Part shown: piece after piece, positions 25,619 to 38,500 of the stretch
How the letters are laid out: every line of letters starts with the position of its first letter
Position numbering within the stretch: position 1 is the stretch's first letter
Origin: the human T2T-CHM13v2.0 reference genome, Homo sapiens
Length of the DNA: 64,000 nucleotides
Strand: one strand, 5' to 3'
NCBI RefSeq assembly: GCF_009914755.1
Contig: NC_060926.1
Position numbers and translations under genes: made by a program
Notes under the pieces: model-generated
Seen by the model: the letters and a program-made list of their open reading frames with translations, nothing else
Database searches by the model: none
Told to the model about the DNA's origin: nothing

Positions 25619-26924
25619 GGTGTTGGATTTTTTAATGTTTTCCTCTGTTACTTAGCATAATCAGAATTTGCTTTTTTGACTTTTTGATATGGTGAATTGC
25701 ACTGTTTGATATTCAAATATTCAACCAGGCCTGAAACCCTGAAATAAGTTTCAACTGGTCATAGTGTATAATTATTTTGTACATTTTTGGATTTTGTTTG
25801 CTAATATTTTTTGAGTATTTAGCATCTACATTTGTGAGAGCTCTTTGCCTGTGGTTTTTTCATGGTGGGGAGCAGGAAGCTGCCTTAACACACTTTTGTA
25901 GTTCAGTAATACTAGTCCTATAAAATGAGTTGGGCAATATTTCCTCATCTTCTGTTTTCTGGAAGAGATTATTAAAAATTTGTAATAATTCTTTAAAAAT
26001 ATTTGGTAGAATTATTAAAACCATCAGACTTCTGTGTCCAGAGATTTATATTTTAATAGAATTTTAATTATGAATTTAAGGTCTTTGATGGTTATGAGTC
26101 TATTCGGATCATCTTGAGTTTCAGTAGTGTGTGGTTTTTGAGGAATTGATCCATTTATCCTAAGTTGTCTAGTTTATGAGTGCAAAGTATTTCTGAAGTA
26201 TTCCCTTGTTATCTTGTCCTTGGCTGTAGAATCTCTAGTGATATCTTCTATTTTATTTCTGACAGTGGCAATTTTTGTCCTTTGTTCTTTTACATTTGTT
26301 AGTGTTATTGGAGATTTACTAATTTTATTGATTTATTTTAAAGAATAAGCTTTTCATATCATTTGATTTTTCTGCATTTTTAAACAATTTTGCATTTTAT
26401 TAATTTTTGTTATTTTATTAACTGCTTCCTTTGGCTTGTTTTGTGTTTATTTTGCTTTTCTTTTTGTAGTTCCTTGTGATTAGAAATTAAATTATTCATT
26501 TAATCCCTTTCTATGCTTTTATGCCTTCCACATATTTTGCTATGCTTTTCCTTTTCTTTCAAATTCAATTTTGTTTTATTCATTTATATATATATTTAAG
26601 TTATACCATTTGATGTTTTGATATGCATATACATAGTTAAATGATTATTATATTCAAGCCAATTAACATATCCATCATCTTATGAAGTCATCTTTTAAAA
26701 TGTGTGAGATCCCCTAAAATCTCCATTAGCCAATTTTCTGTGTATAATACAATATTATTAACTATAGTCTTCATGCTGTAGATTAGTTCTCTAGACTTAT
26801 CCTGCATAGCTGCACAATTGTACCTTTTAACCTTCATCTCTCCATTTCTGCCCTAACTCCTGCCTCTGTTAACTACCATTCTACCATGTATCTATGTACT
26901 ATACTTCTTTATATATGCCACACA

Positions 26925-27320
26925 TGTATTCGCCCATTTTTGAATTGCTATAAAGAAATACCTGAGACTGGGTAATTTGTAAGGAAAAGAGGTGTAATTG
27001 TCTCATGGTTCTGCAGTCCATACAGGAAACATGGCAGCATCTGCTTCTGGGGAGGCCTCAGGGAGCTTTTACTTATGGTGGAAGGCAAAGCAGGAACAGG
27101 CATCTTACATGGCAGGAGCAGGAGCAAGAGAGGGAGGAGAGTGTGCCACATATTGTTAAACAACCGGATCTTGGAAGAACTCAGTCACTATCATGTGGAC
27201 AGTACCAAGGAGGAAATCCACTTCCGTGATCCAATTACTTCCCACTGGGCCCCACCTCCAACACTGGGAATTACAATTCAACATGAGATGTGGGTGGAGA
27301 CACAGATACAAACCATATCA
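26925..27320 (-). mobile_element. MSTA/B MaLR solo LTR
   Basis: tgtattcg...gctataaagaaatacctgagactgggtaattt...cacagatacaaaccatatca. TSD acaca/acata. Confidence 0.9.
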
Positions 27321-28166
27321 ACATATAAGAGAGGTCAGGCAGGGTGTTTCTTTTTCGATCTGGCTTATTTCACTTAACATAATATTCTCCAGGTTCATCC
27401 ATGTTGCTACAAATGGCAGATTATTTTTAAGGCTGAATAACCCATTGCACATAATTTCTTTGTCCAACCATTCATTGATGGATGCTTAGGTTTTTTTCAT
27501 ATCTTGCCTATTGTGAATAATGCTGCAATGAACATGAGTGTGCAGCTGCTCTCTACAAGATGCTCATTTCATTTCCTTTGAGTGTATACCCAGCAGAGAG
27601 ATTTCTTGGTCATATGGCAGTTCTATTTTCAATTTTCTTAGGAAACGCTACGCTGTTTTTTCATTATGGCTGCAATAATTTACATTCCTATCAACAGTGT
27701 TTTCTTTTCTTCACATCCTTACCAACTTACCAACGCTTGCTGTTTCTTGTCTTTCTAATAATAGCCATCCTATTGGGTAGGTGATATTGTAATTTTGAGT
27801 TGCATTACTCTGATCATTAGTGATGGTGAACACCTTTTCATATACTTATTGGTCATTTTTATATCTTCTTTAGAGTTGTCTATTCAGGTTCTTTGCCCAT
27901 ATTTTAACTGGATTATTCATTTTTTGCTATTGAATTCTGTGAGTTCCTTATATATTTCTAATATTAACTCCTTTTTTGATAAATGGTTTGCAAATATTTT
28001 CTCGCAATCTATATGCTGCCCTTTCATTTTATTAATTATCTACTTCCTGTTTGTGGAAACTTTTTACTTTGATGTAGACCTACTTTTTTACCTTTTCTTT
28101 TGTTTCCTGTGCTTTGTTATCCTATCCAAAATCTCACTGTGTAGACCAACATCAAGAAGCTTTCCC

Positions 28167-28484
28167 AGCCGGGCCTGTTGGCTTAAGCTTGTAATCCCAG
28201 CATTTTGGGAGGTCAAAGTGGGAGGATTACTTGAGCCAAGGATTTTGAGACTAGCCTGGGCAATGTAGTTACACGTGGTCTCTAAAAATTTTTTTAAAAA
28301 TTAGCTGGGCATGGCAGCACACATCTGTAGTCCCAGCTACTTGGGAGGCTACTTAGGAGGACTGCAAACCAAGAGGTCAAGGCTGCAGTGAGCTGTGATC
28401 ATGCCACTGCACTGCAACCTGAGTGACAGAGTGAGACACTGTTTAAAAATTAAATAAATGAATAAAAATAAAATAATTTTTAAA
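28167..28484 (+). mobile_element. AluJ
   Basis: ggaggattacttgagcc and gtcaaggctgcagtgagctgtgatc. TSD aagaagctttccc / aagaggctctccc. Confidence 0.9.
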
Positions 28485-29719
28485 AAGAGGCTCTCCCCGT
28501 TTATTTTCCTCTAGGAGATTTTGGTTTCAAGTCTTACATGTAAATCTTTAATGCATTTTGAGTTGAATTTTGTGTATGGTGTAAGGTAATGATCCAGTCT
28601 TACACTTTTGCATGTGGTTAGACAGTTTTCCCAGCATCATTTATTGAAGAAGACTATTCTTTCTCTTTTGTATGTTTTTGGTACCGTTTTCAAAAATTAG
28701 TTGACCATATATGCTTGGTTTTATTTCTGGGGCTCTCTATTTTGTTCCACTCGTTTATCTGTCTGTTTTATGTCGGTACTATGCTGTTTTGATTACTGTA
28801 ACTTTATGATGTAATTTGAAATGAGACAGAGTGATGCGTTCAACTTTGTTTTTCTTTTACAAGATTGCTTTGGCTACTTGGGGTCTTTTGTGGTTCCATA
28901 TGGATTTTAGTATTGTTTTTTCAATTTCTCAAAATTGCCATTGCAATTTTGATAGAGAATATATTGAATCTGCATATTGCTTTGGGTAGTGTGGAAATTT
29001 TCACAATATTAATTTCCTGTTCAGTTTTGTCTTTTAAAAAAATCTCCTTTGAGATGCATGGACTGCATTTAAAAATGTGTGTGTTTTTTAAGTTTCCACA
29101 TTTTTATAGATTTTCTTGTTGTCTTTCTGTTACTGATTTCTAGCTTGATTCTATTAGGCCCAGAAAACACAACTTGCAAGATTTAAAGTCTTTTAAATTT
29201 GTTGAGGCTCTTTTATGGCCCTGGCTATGGTCTATTTTTATAAATCTTCCGTGGACTCTTTAAAAAATGTGTTCTGATGTTTTTGGTTGATGAGTTCTAT
29301 ATATGTCAATTAGATTCTGTTGTGTGGTTCAGATCTATATTCTTGCTAATATTTTTTCTAAAAGTTCTGTTAGTTGCTGAATAAGCAGTGTTGAATTTTC
29401 CAACTGTAATTATGTATATTTTCCTTATAGTATTAATAGTTTCTACTGCATGTATTTTGAGGCTCTTTTATTTGGTGCCCACACTTTAGGATTGTTATGT
29501 TTTCTTGGTGAGTTGAGTCGTTTATTATGTAACATATCTCTGTCTTTAATAATTTTCTTTGCTCTGGAGGCTACTTTATCCAATATTGATATGTTTTCCT
29601 TGCCTTTTTTAAATTAATATTTGCATGTATGTCTTTTTCCATCCTTCTACATTCAGCCTACTTAATGTCTGAATCTGAAGTGACTTTCTTGTAAGCAGCA
29701 TATGGTTAATGGTGTATTC

Positions 29720-30055
29720 CATTGGTCCCCAACCTTTTTGGCACCAGAGACTGGTTTTGTGGTTTAATGGAAGACAATTCTTCCACGGACCAGGGGGTGA
29801 TGGTTTTAGGATGAAATTGTTCAACCTCAGATCATCAGGCATTAGTTAGATTCTCATATGGAATGTGTAACCTAAATCCCTTGATTGCACAGTTTACAAT
29901 AGTGTTCAAGCGCCTATGAGAATTTAATGCCACTGCTATTCTGACAGGAGGTGGATGGAGCTCAGGTGGTCATGCTCTCTCTCCCACTGCTCACCTCCTG
30001 CTGTGCGGGCTAGTTTCTTGTACAGGTCCACAGCCCCGTGGGCTGGGAACCCCTG
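29720..30055 (+). mobile_element. MER1B (hAT-Charlie non-autonomous DNA transposon)
   Basis: cattggtccccaacctttttggcacc...gggctgggaacccctg. 8-bp TSD gtgtattc/atgtgttc. Confidence 0.9.
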
Positions 30056-31518
30056 ATGTGTTCTGCTTATCAACTCTGCCAATCTCTATTTTGATTGGTA
30101 CATTTAGCATATTTACATTTAAGGTAATTATTGATATGTTACAGCTTAAATCTGTCATTTCATTACTTCTATTGTGTTTGTTTTCTCTGGGTCTTGTTCA
30201 GCTTAACTTTCTGTAGGTTTCTTACATTTTTACAGTATTCTTTTGTGATTTACTTACAGTGTGTTTGAGTATATTTCTTTGCATAGTTTCCATAGTGGTT
30301 GCTGTGAGCATAGTCTTCTGGCATCAACACCTTGCCACTCTGAATAAAGTGTGAAAATATCACCTTCACTTAGGGCTTTTACCCTCATCAACTTTTAAAT
30401 ATCATTGTCTTGGATATCAGATGATATTTTCTTTCAATATCAAATATAATTTATAAAACTCATGAGGAAAAGAATTGCCTATTGAATGTACTCATAATTC
30501 TGTTCTGTCTGTTGTTTTTTCTTATTTCCTGATATTCCAAGATCCTTTCCTTTATATTAGGTTCTTTTCATTTGAATAATTTTCTTAAGACAGTTTTTAA
30601 TGGTAAGTCTGTTAGTGACAAATTCATTCTGTTTGTATCTTTGGGGAAAGTTTTTTTTTTCTCTGTTATTAATAAAGAATAGTTTCAGCAGCTATAGAAT
30701 TTATAGTTGACAGTTATTTTCTTTTGGCACTCGAAAAAACAATCCACTTCCTTTTGGCCCCTATGGTTGAGAAACTCACTGTGATTTGAATGTGTGTTCC
30801 TCTATGTTAATGTGCTGCTTGTCTCTTGGATATTCTTTTTTTTTTTTTTTCTCTTTGCTTTATTTCTCAAAAGTTCAATTACGGTGTGTCTTGGCATGGA
30901 TTATATCAGTTTATCTTGATTTGTATTTATTCAACCTTTTGAACTTACAGGTTTTTGTCTTATACTAAATTTGGTGATTTTTCTTCCATTATTTCTTTAA
31001 ATACTCTCAGTGTGACCCACTCTCTTTCTTCTATCCTGATAATATGAATGTTAAATCTTGTGTTATTATGCTACAAGACCCCAGGCTTTGTCCATTTTTT
31101 TTCTGCCTATTTTCCCCTTGATATCCAGTTGGGGTGAATCCCATTGCTTTATTCTTAAATTAATTGATTTATCCTCTGTCATCCTCAGTCTATTATTGAG
31201 TCCACCCAATAAGTTTTATTTCTATTTTGTATTTTTCAGTTCTAAAATTTCCATTTGTTTCTTCATTTTAAAATCATTTCTATTTATTTGTTGAGTTTTA
31301 TACTTTTTCATTTGTTTAAAGATAATTTGTTATTAATGAAATATTTTTATTATGGATTCTTTAAAATCTTTTTTCAGTAATTTCAGTATCTGAATTTTCT
31401 TGGTATTCATATCAGTTGATTTTCTCATTTAAGTTATAATTTTCTCAGTTCTTGGTATAATAGGTGATTTTTTAATTTTTCTTGGACATTTTGTGTATTA
31501 TGTTAGATTCTGGATCTG

Positions 31519-31519
<1 letters not shown>

Positions 31520-31568
<49 letters not shown>
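31520..31568. repeat. (TG)24 perfect microsatellite
   Basis: Read directly from the sequence. Confidence 0.98.
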
Positions 31569-31571
<3 letters not shown>

Positions 31572-33713
31572 CCCCCACAAAGGCATTTGCCTGTTTATGA
31601 GTATTGGCCCACTTTCATGGGCTACGATTCCAGTGGTAGTTTTATTTTCAGAACCTTTATGTTGTTATTTTGGTATGCTTGGTTAATCTGGTGCCACTAG
31701 GGGTCCTAGCAGTCCCTCTTGGCACTGCCTGAATGATCAGAATTTCCCCAGACCAGGTAGCAGGATGTCTCTCCATGAAGGAACAGGACAGGCATGGCAG
31801 GATACTCCTACTTTTTCACTTATCTCCTACTATTCTGGTGTCTCTGGGAAGTGGAAGAGAGTCCCTAACTCATTGGGACAGAGTGGCTTTCCAATCCAGG
31901 CCACCTGCTTCTCTGATTCTTTTCTATTGACTGGAGCCCTTTTCACTCCAGTATCTCTTAGTAAAAGGGGACTCTCAGGCCAGGCAAGAGGAGAGAGGGC
32001 CTCCACTGGTAGCTTCTGGAAGAGCTCACAAATGATTCCTCACCAGTGGTGTTGTAGATCATCTCACTTGATATTATCAGAAGAATGTTTGATCTAGGGG
32101 AGGAATGCACTGTCTTTTGTTGCTAAGATGAGGATCAGGACAAGCTGGGACTGGGTGGCCTTCCTCTGTTGAGTAAGAGACATGCAAGATGCCCTACCAC
32201 TGTACTGTTCTGTTGGTCCTGGGGTTCCAAACAATATCACACTTTTCTTCTTTTAGTTCTCCTTTGGTTGTCTCTTGAGCCATTTTCAGGGTTCATAGAT
32301 GTGCTTAGCAGAAAAGGGAAAGAAAAACAGGTCCATGCCATCTTGTCCCCACTGGAAGCACCTGGATATCATTTTTAATAGACTGATGCAAAGAGGAAAC
32401 TCCTTAGTGTGAGTAAATAAATGTAAAGAAGTTTATAACTTAAAGTGTTTCTATCCTATAAAATAAAATGTAATGTTTTGTGTATGTTAGGATACTCTTT
32501 CTAAAATACATTTATTACCACTTTCTACTTATTGAAAGCTTTATGGGGTTTAAAAATGGCTTTTATGTCAAGATTTCCCAACATGATGATGATGTAGGCT
32601 TAAGCAGTTAGATCTCCTCCTCGGGATCTGTTTTGCTACTTAGCACAGGAAATGCTGCTACCCTCATGCCAGTATAGGAATTTTAAGCGCCTCAGTGATA
32701 CGAAACAGGAATGAAATTTAAATAAGGGAATAATGGGATGACCTTTGGTCAAGAATTGCAAATCTATTACAATAGTCAAGAAGGACAACGAAGATACACA
32801 AATATCCCTAATTGGAGGGTGAAATCAAGTCAAAGGAGAAGCTGATAGAACAGAGAAATGTGGGAGGGAGATGTGGATACAGAGTCCCTGGCAACAAGGC
32901 TTTACGTCAGAGCATTAAAGCCCAGGTCTTTATGAAACAGGTTTTACCAGAGAAAGAAGTGAAAAATATCTTCACAACAGCCAGAAAAGTTGGGGCTGTG
33001 ATGGCTCCAGTAAATACGCCCAAATATTGAATGAGCTAACACGGGAAAAAATAAAAGTCTCTGGCATTATCTAAAATCAGCTTAAGTCAAAAGAAAGGTT
33101 CTCCCCTGAAGAATCAGAAAATTCTCTTATCTAAAATTGTTTCTCTGTAAGAATGAAGAAAGCAATTAAGCTATTTCTGATTGGCATACACATACATACA
33201 ACAAAGCAAATATAAAACTAGATTATATAGTCGTGATGAAATAATATTCTGATATTTTAAAATTAAGGTTACAAATATAATTGCCAAATAAAATTATGTA
33301 CTGAAGAAAATCAAGTAATAACTGCAGACTCTGGATTCTGAAGGCCAAAGATGCATGTGCTGGCCCAAAACTCACATGCTGAGTGACATGGCAGGAAAAA
33401 CGACAAGGAAGGAAGAGGGAGAAGATAGAGAAAGAAAGAGAGGAAGGGCGAGTGTGGTGGAGTCATGAAACACACCTAAAAGGATTCAGAGAAATTTGGT
33501 TTGGTTTTGTTGAAATATTTTATTTTCTTTCCTTTTCATCTTTTTATAAAATTATCCTAACAGTTTAGTCAACTAGGGCAATTGAGTGTGCAAGAGCAAG
33601 AAGAAGACTTGCTTTGCCAGTGGAAGGGCCAGGTTAAGTAATAAAAGAGGGAGATCCAGTGGAAGTACTGAGGAAAAGGAGGATACCCAATGAAATCATA
33701 AGGAGAATGATTT

Positions 33714-34160
33714 TGTGTTCTTTAGGATCCAACCAGGAACAAAAACCACCTTAAGTATTTACAACAGAGGCAGTTTTCTGCAGGGTTTTGGTTATACTGA
33801 TGACAGAAAAGTGAAAGCAGTCAAATCAACAGTGAAGCCACACACAGACTAGCGATGTCAGGAAACATTCCACTCCCAGACAGAGGGACAAGGGGAGAAT
33901 GAGATTTACCAGAAGCTCAGATGTCACATAGCAGGAGTGTAAACCTTTGCAGGCCTTTCTTGTAGGAGCAGTAGGTAGGAGAAGAGACAGCCACTGACAA
34001 GAAAACTACCAGAATCTTCGGCCTTCCAATCTCTTACCAGAGCCACTCATAGGTGGACTCTGGCTGGAATGCAGCTGACACAGTGAGATAAGAATCAGTC
34101 TCCCTGCAGCACAAAGCAGGGGAAGAGCAAGAGATTCTCAGGGCAAATAATTTTGTGACA
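33714..34160. mobile_element. Old ERVL-class LTR (LTR33/41-like)
   Basis: ggatccaaccaggaacaaaaaccacc...acagag start, ctggaatgcagctgaca...cagcacaaagcagg internally, and tg...ca ends. Confidence 0.45.
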
Positions 34161-35554
34161 TAATGATGCTGGAGAGGTATTTGAGGAAAGAAATAGAGGA
34201 AGCACAAATTGGACAGCAAAAGAAGTGATAGAAATCAGAGGCTAAGAATGAACAGTGACTGAGGAGAGTAAAGTAGGAAGCTAGAGATGACGAAGGTGAA
34301 GATGGCAATTGGAAGCAGAAGCATCAGGAGAAACAGTAAAGCATACAAATATGTAGGAATGCAAATCAGTATGCTTCCTTACTTTTCCCATCTATGTTTT
34401 GCATCTGAAGTGTGCAAGCAGATAAACTGCATAGCATCTCAGGGCAATGAAGGACAACACAGGCTTAGCATCTACTAAATGATGGAAGGATTTCAACAGT
34501 GCTAATGATGATGCTGTTAGGAATTTGACAGTATTTGTCCAGACTGCATAGGGAGGTAGATGATTGCAAAAGATGAAAGCAAAGAAAGAATTGAGTTACT
34601 GTGTGTATCACATCAAATGTAATTTTGAGTGCAGTTCATCGTAGTAGTTCAGATAAGACCCAAATTGCTACGGATCCAGGTGGATATAGATGGCAAGAGT
34701 TATAGGGAACAAATGCCCATCACTTCTTCCAAAAATTAGAAGTGCGTGAAAGGAGAAAATAAGTGAGTAGTTATGAATAGTTATTTTTTTAGAATAGTAA
34801 AATTGTGCATATGTTCAGAAAATTGAAAGGAATTACAAATTTCCAATGACAAGTAATTAAGGGAACCACACATATTTTTACTTAAGAAGAGGTTCTAGTC
34901 ATCTGTTTACATAGTCTTAACTTTAATTCAGCTGATTTTATATGTTAACATTGATGGCTGATAAAGAGATCAAAGTATTTATTTTATAAGTTGTCATGGA
35001 AATTTTACATGTACAGCATTGGCAAATGTATCTCCAAACACCCCAACAAAATCATCATACTAATCCCTGGGAATATTTCCAAGCACAGTCTTACGATAAC
35101 AATTTTAAAAACTAGAAAAAGTGATTCTGTAGTCACAATGAGGGCAAGTGTTGACAAAGAGGACTTAGCAAGTGATATACAGGTGGCTTTAATATAGGCA
35201 ACCATGTGCTTGCCTCTGGGAAGTATTCTAAAGGACAGGTCCTGAAGAAACACGTAGCATCAGCAGTGGACTGGGTGAATAATCAAGTAAGCTCTGTGAC
35301 TCTATACCACTCACAATTTAGAGCAGCTAAAGGGAGAAAACTCCAACAAGAAAACCACTGTAATAATTGAGCCATAATTATTAGCATTTTAGAGAGAACA
35401 TTAAAATTAAGCTCAATGTACCGTGTCTGTCCTTTTAAAAAATGGGACAAAGGAGTCTGGGTAAAAAGTCATCCAAAGTATAACAAAAATGAAGTAATGT
35501 TGGAAATCTGTGGCTATAGTGAGATGTAGTTAGGAGATTTCACTTTGACATTTC

Positions 35555-38500
35555 AGTATTTATTGATGTTATTTCAATAGATATTGGAGTACAAGTGACT
35601 TTTGGTTACATGAATGAATCTCTGAAATTGTGAACTGTGCTGAAATTAACATGTGTGCATGAATCTTTTTCATGTAATGACTTATTTCCATTGGGTAGAT
35701 AGATACCCAGTAGTGGGATTGCTTTATCAAATGGTAGATCTACTTTTAGTCCCTTAAGGAATCTAAATACTGTTTTCAGTAGAGATTATGCTAATTTACA
35801 TTTCCACCAGCAGCATATAAGCATTCCTCTTTCACCACATCGAGGCCAACATCTGTTGTTTTTGACTTTTTAAAATAATGGCCATTTTTGCAGGAGTAAG
35901 ATGTTATCTCATTGTGTTTTAAATTTGCATTTCACTGTTGATTATTGATGTTGAGCATTTTTTATGTTTGTTGGCCATTTGTGTATCTTCTTCTGAGAAA
36001 AGTATATTCATATCATTTGCCCAATTTTTGATGAGATTATTTGTTTTTTCTTGCTGATATGTTTGAGATCCTTGTAGATTCCAGATACTAGTCCTTTATT
36101 GAATTCACAGTTTGCAAATATTTTCTCCCATTCTGTGGGTTGTCTGTCCACTCTTGAAGATTATTTCTTTTGCATGCAGAAGCTTTTTAGTTTAATCAGG
36201 TCTTGAATATTTATTTTTGTTTTTGCTGCATTAGATTTTGGGGTTTTAGTCATATTTTTTTTTTGCCTAGGCCATCATCTAAAAGAATTTTTCAAAGGTT
36301 ATTTTCTAGAATTGTTATGGTTTCAAGTCTTAGATTTAACTCTGATCCATCTTGAGTTTATTTTTCTGTAGGGTGAGAGATCGGGATCCAGTTGCGTTCT
36401 TCTGCATGTTGGCTAGCCAGCATTCCCAGTAACATTTATTAAATAGAGTGTCCTTTCCCCAATTTATGTTTTGTATCCTATGCTAAAGATCAGTTGGCTG
36501 TAAGTATTTGGATTTATTTCTTGGTTTGCTATGCTATTCCATTGGTCTATGTGCCTACTTTTATGCTGGTACCATGCTGTTTGGGTAACTATAGCCTTGT
36601 AGCGTAACTTGAAGTCTGGTAATGTGATGCCTCTAGATTTGTTCTTTTTACTTGGAATTGCTTTGGCTCTTGGGCTGTTTTTCAGTTGCATATGAATTTT
36701 AGGATTTTTTTTTCTAATTCTGTGAAAAATGATGCTGATATTTTTATGGGAATTGCATTGAATCTGTAGATTGCTTTGGGCAGTATGGTCATTTTCACAG
36801 TATTGATTCTTCTAACCCATGAGCATGGGATATGTTTTCATTTGTTTGTGTCATCTGTGATTTCTTTCAGCAGTGTTTTGTAGTTCTCCTTGTAAAGGTC
36901 TTTCACCTCCTTGGTTAAGTTAATTCCTAGGTATTTTATTTTTTTGCAGCTGTTGTAAAAGGGATTGAGTTCTTGATTTGGTTCTCACCTTAGTCGTTGT
37001 TGGTGTATATCAGTGCTACTGATTTGTGTACATGGATTTTGTAACCTGAGATATTATCCAATGTGTTTATCAAATCTAGGAGGCTTTTTGAGCAACCTTT
37101 AGGGTTTTCTAGGTATATAATCATATCATCAGTGAATAGTGATAGTCTGACTACCTTTTCTCCACTGTAAATGTCCTTTATTTCTTTCTCTTGCCTGATA
37201 GCTCTGGCTAGGATGTCAGATACTATGTTGAATAGAAGTGGTGAACTTGGGTATCCTTGTCTTGTCCAGTTTTCAGGGGCATTGCTTTCCACTTTTCTCT
37301 ATTCAGTATGATGTTTGCTGTGAGTCTGTTATATAGGGCTTTTATTAATTAATTCAAGGTAAGTCCCTTCTATGCTTAGTTTGCTGAGGGCTTTTTATCA
37401 CAAAGAGATGCTGTATTTTATCAAATGCTTTTCTGCACCTATTGAGATGATCATATGGTTTGTTTTCAATTTTGCTTTTGTGATATATCACATTTATTGA
37501 CTTGCATATGTTAAACCATCCCTGCATCTCTGGGATCAAACCCACTTGATCATGGTGTATTATCTTTTTGATGTGCTGTTGGATTTCATTAGCTGGTATT
37601 TTATTGAGGTTTCTTTTTTTGTTTGTTTGTTTGTTTTAATCTATGTTCATCAGGGATATTGGTCTGTGGTTTTCTTTTTTTGTTGTTATGTTAATTCATG
37701 GTTTTAGTATCAGGGTGAAATTAGCTTACAAGGATGATTTAGAAAGGATTCCCTCTTAATCTTTTGGAATAGTTTCAGTAGAATTGGTACCAATTGGACA
37801 TCTGGTAGAATTGAGCTCCGAATCCATCTGGTCTTGGGGTTTTTTGGTGGTGGCGGTAGGTTTTTTTTTTTTTTTTTTTTCTGATTCAATCTTTATGTTT
37901 ATTGATCCATTGAGAGTTTCTCTTTTTCCTGATTTAATCTGGGAGGATTATATGTTTCCAGGAATTTCCTACATTTCCTACAGTTTTTCTAGTTTGTGTG
38001 CATAGAGGTGTTCATAGTAGTAATAAATGATCGTATTTCCGTGGTGTTAGTTGTAACGTCTCCAGTTTCATTTCTAAGTGCACTTATTTGAATCTTCTCT
38101 CTTCTTGGTTAACCAAGCTAATGGTCTGTCAATTTTGTTTATCTTTTCAAAGAACCACCTTTTTGTTTCAGTGATCTTTTTATTGTGTTTTTTGTTTCAG
38201 TTTCATTTAGGTCTGCTCTGATATTTGTTACTGTTTTTTTTCTTCTACTAGCTTTGAGTTCAGATTGCTTTGTTTCTCTGCTTCCTTGAGGTGTGACATT
38301 ATGTTGTCGATTCATAATCTTTAAGGCTTTATGATATAGGCATTTAGCACTATAAACTTTCCTCTTAACACTGCTTTTGCTGTATGCCAGAGATTTTGAT
38401 AACTTGTGTCACTATTATCATTCATTTTGAATTTTTTTTTAATTTCCATCTTGATTTCATTGTTAACCCAAAAATCATTCAGGAGCAGATTGTTTAATTT

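Larger units (their letters stand above)
26575..29012 (-). mobile_element. L1MA8/9-like 3' fragment hosting an MST LTR and an AluJ
   Basis: 3' end tatatttaagttataccatttgatgttttgatatgc...ccaattaacatatccatc. Weak TSD ttca(a/g)ttttgt. Confidence 0.75.
24881..32360 (-). mobile_element. Old L1M (MC/MD/M4-like) body extending to its 5' end, interrupted by Alu, L1MA and MER1B
   Basis: Degenerate antisense ORF2 and ORF1 sequence. 5'-terminal-like tgccatcttgtccccactggaag (YY1 core) at ~32336-32358. Confidence 0.65.

Noticed and set aside
32739-32751. tgacctttggtca palindrome as an oestrogen response element
   Set aside because: The half-sites are everted relative to GGTCAnnnTGACC, and it is a single isolated motif.
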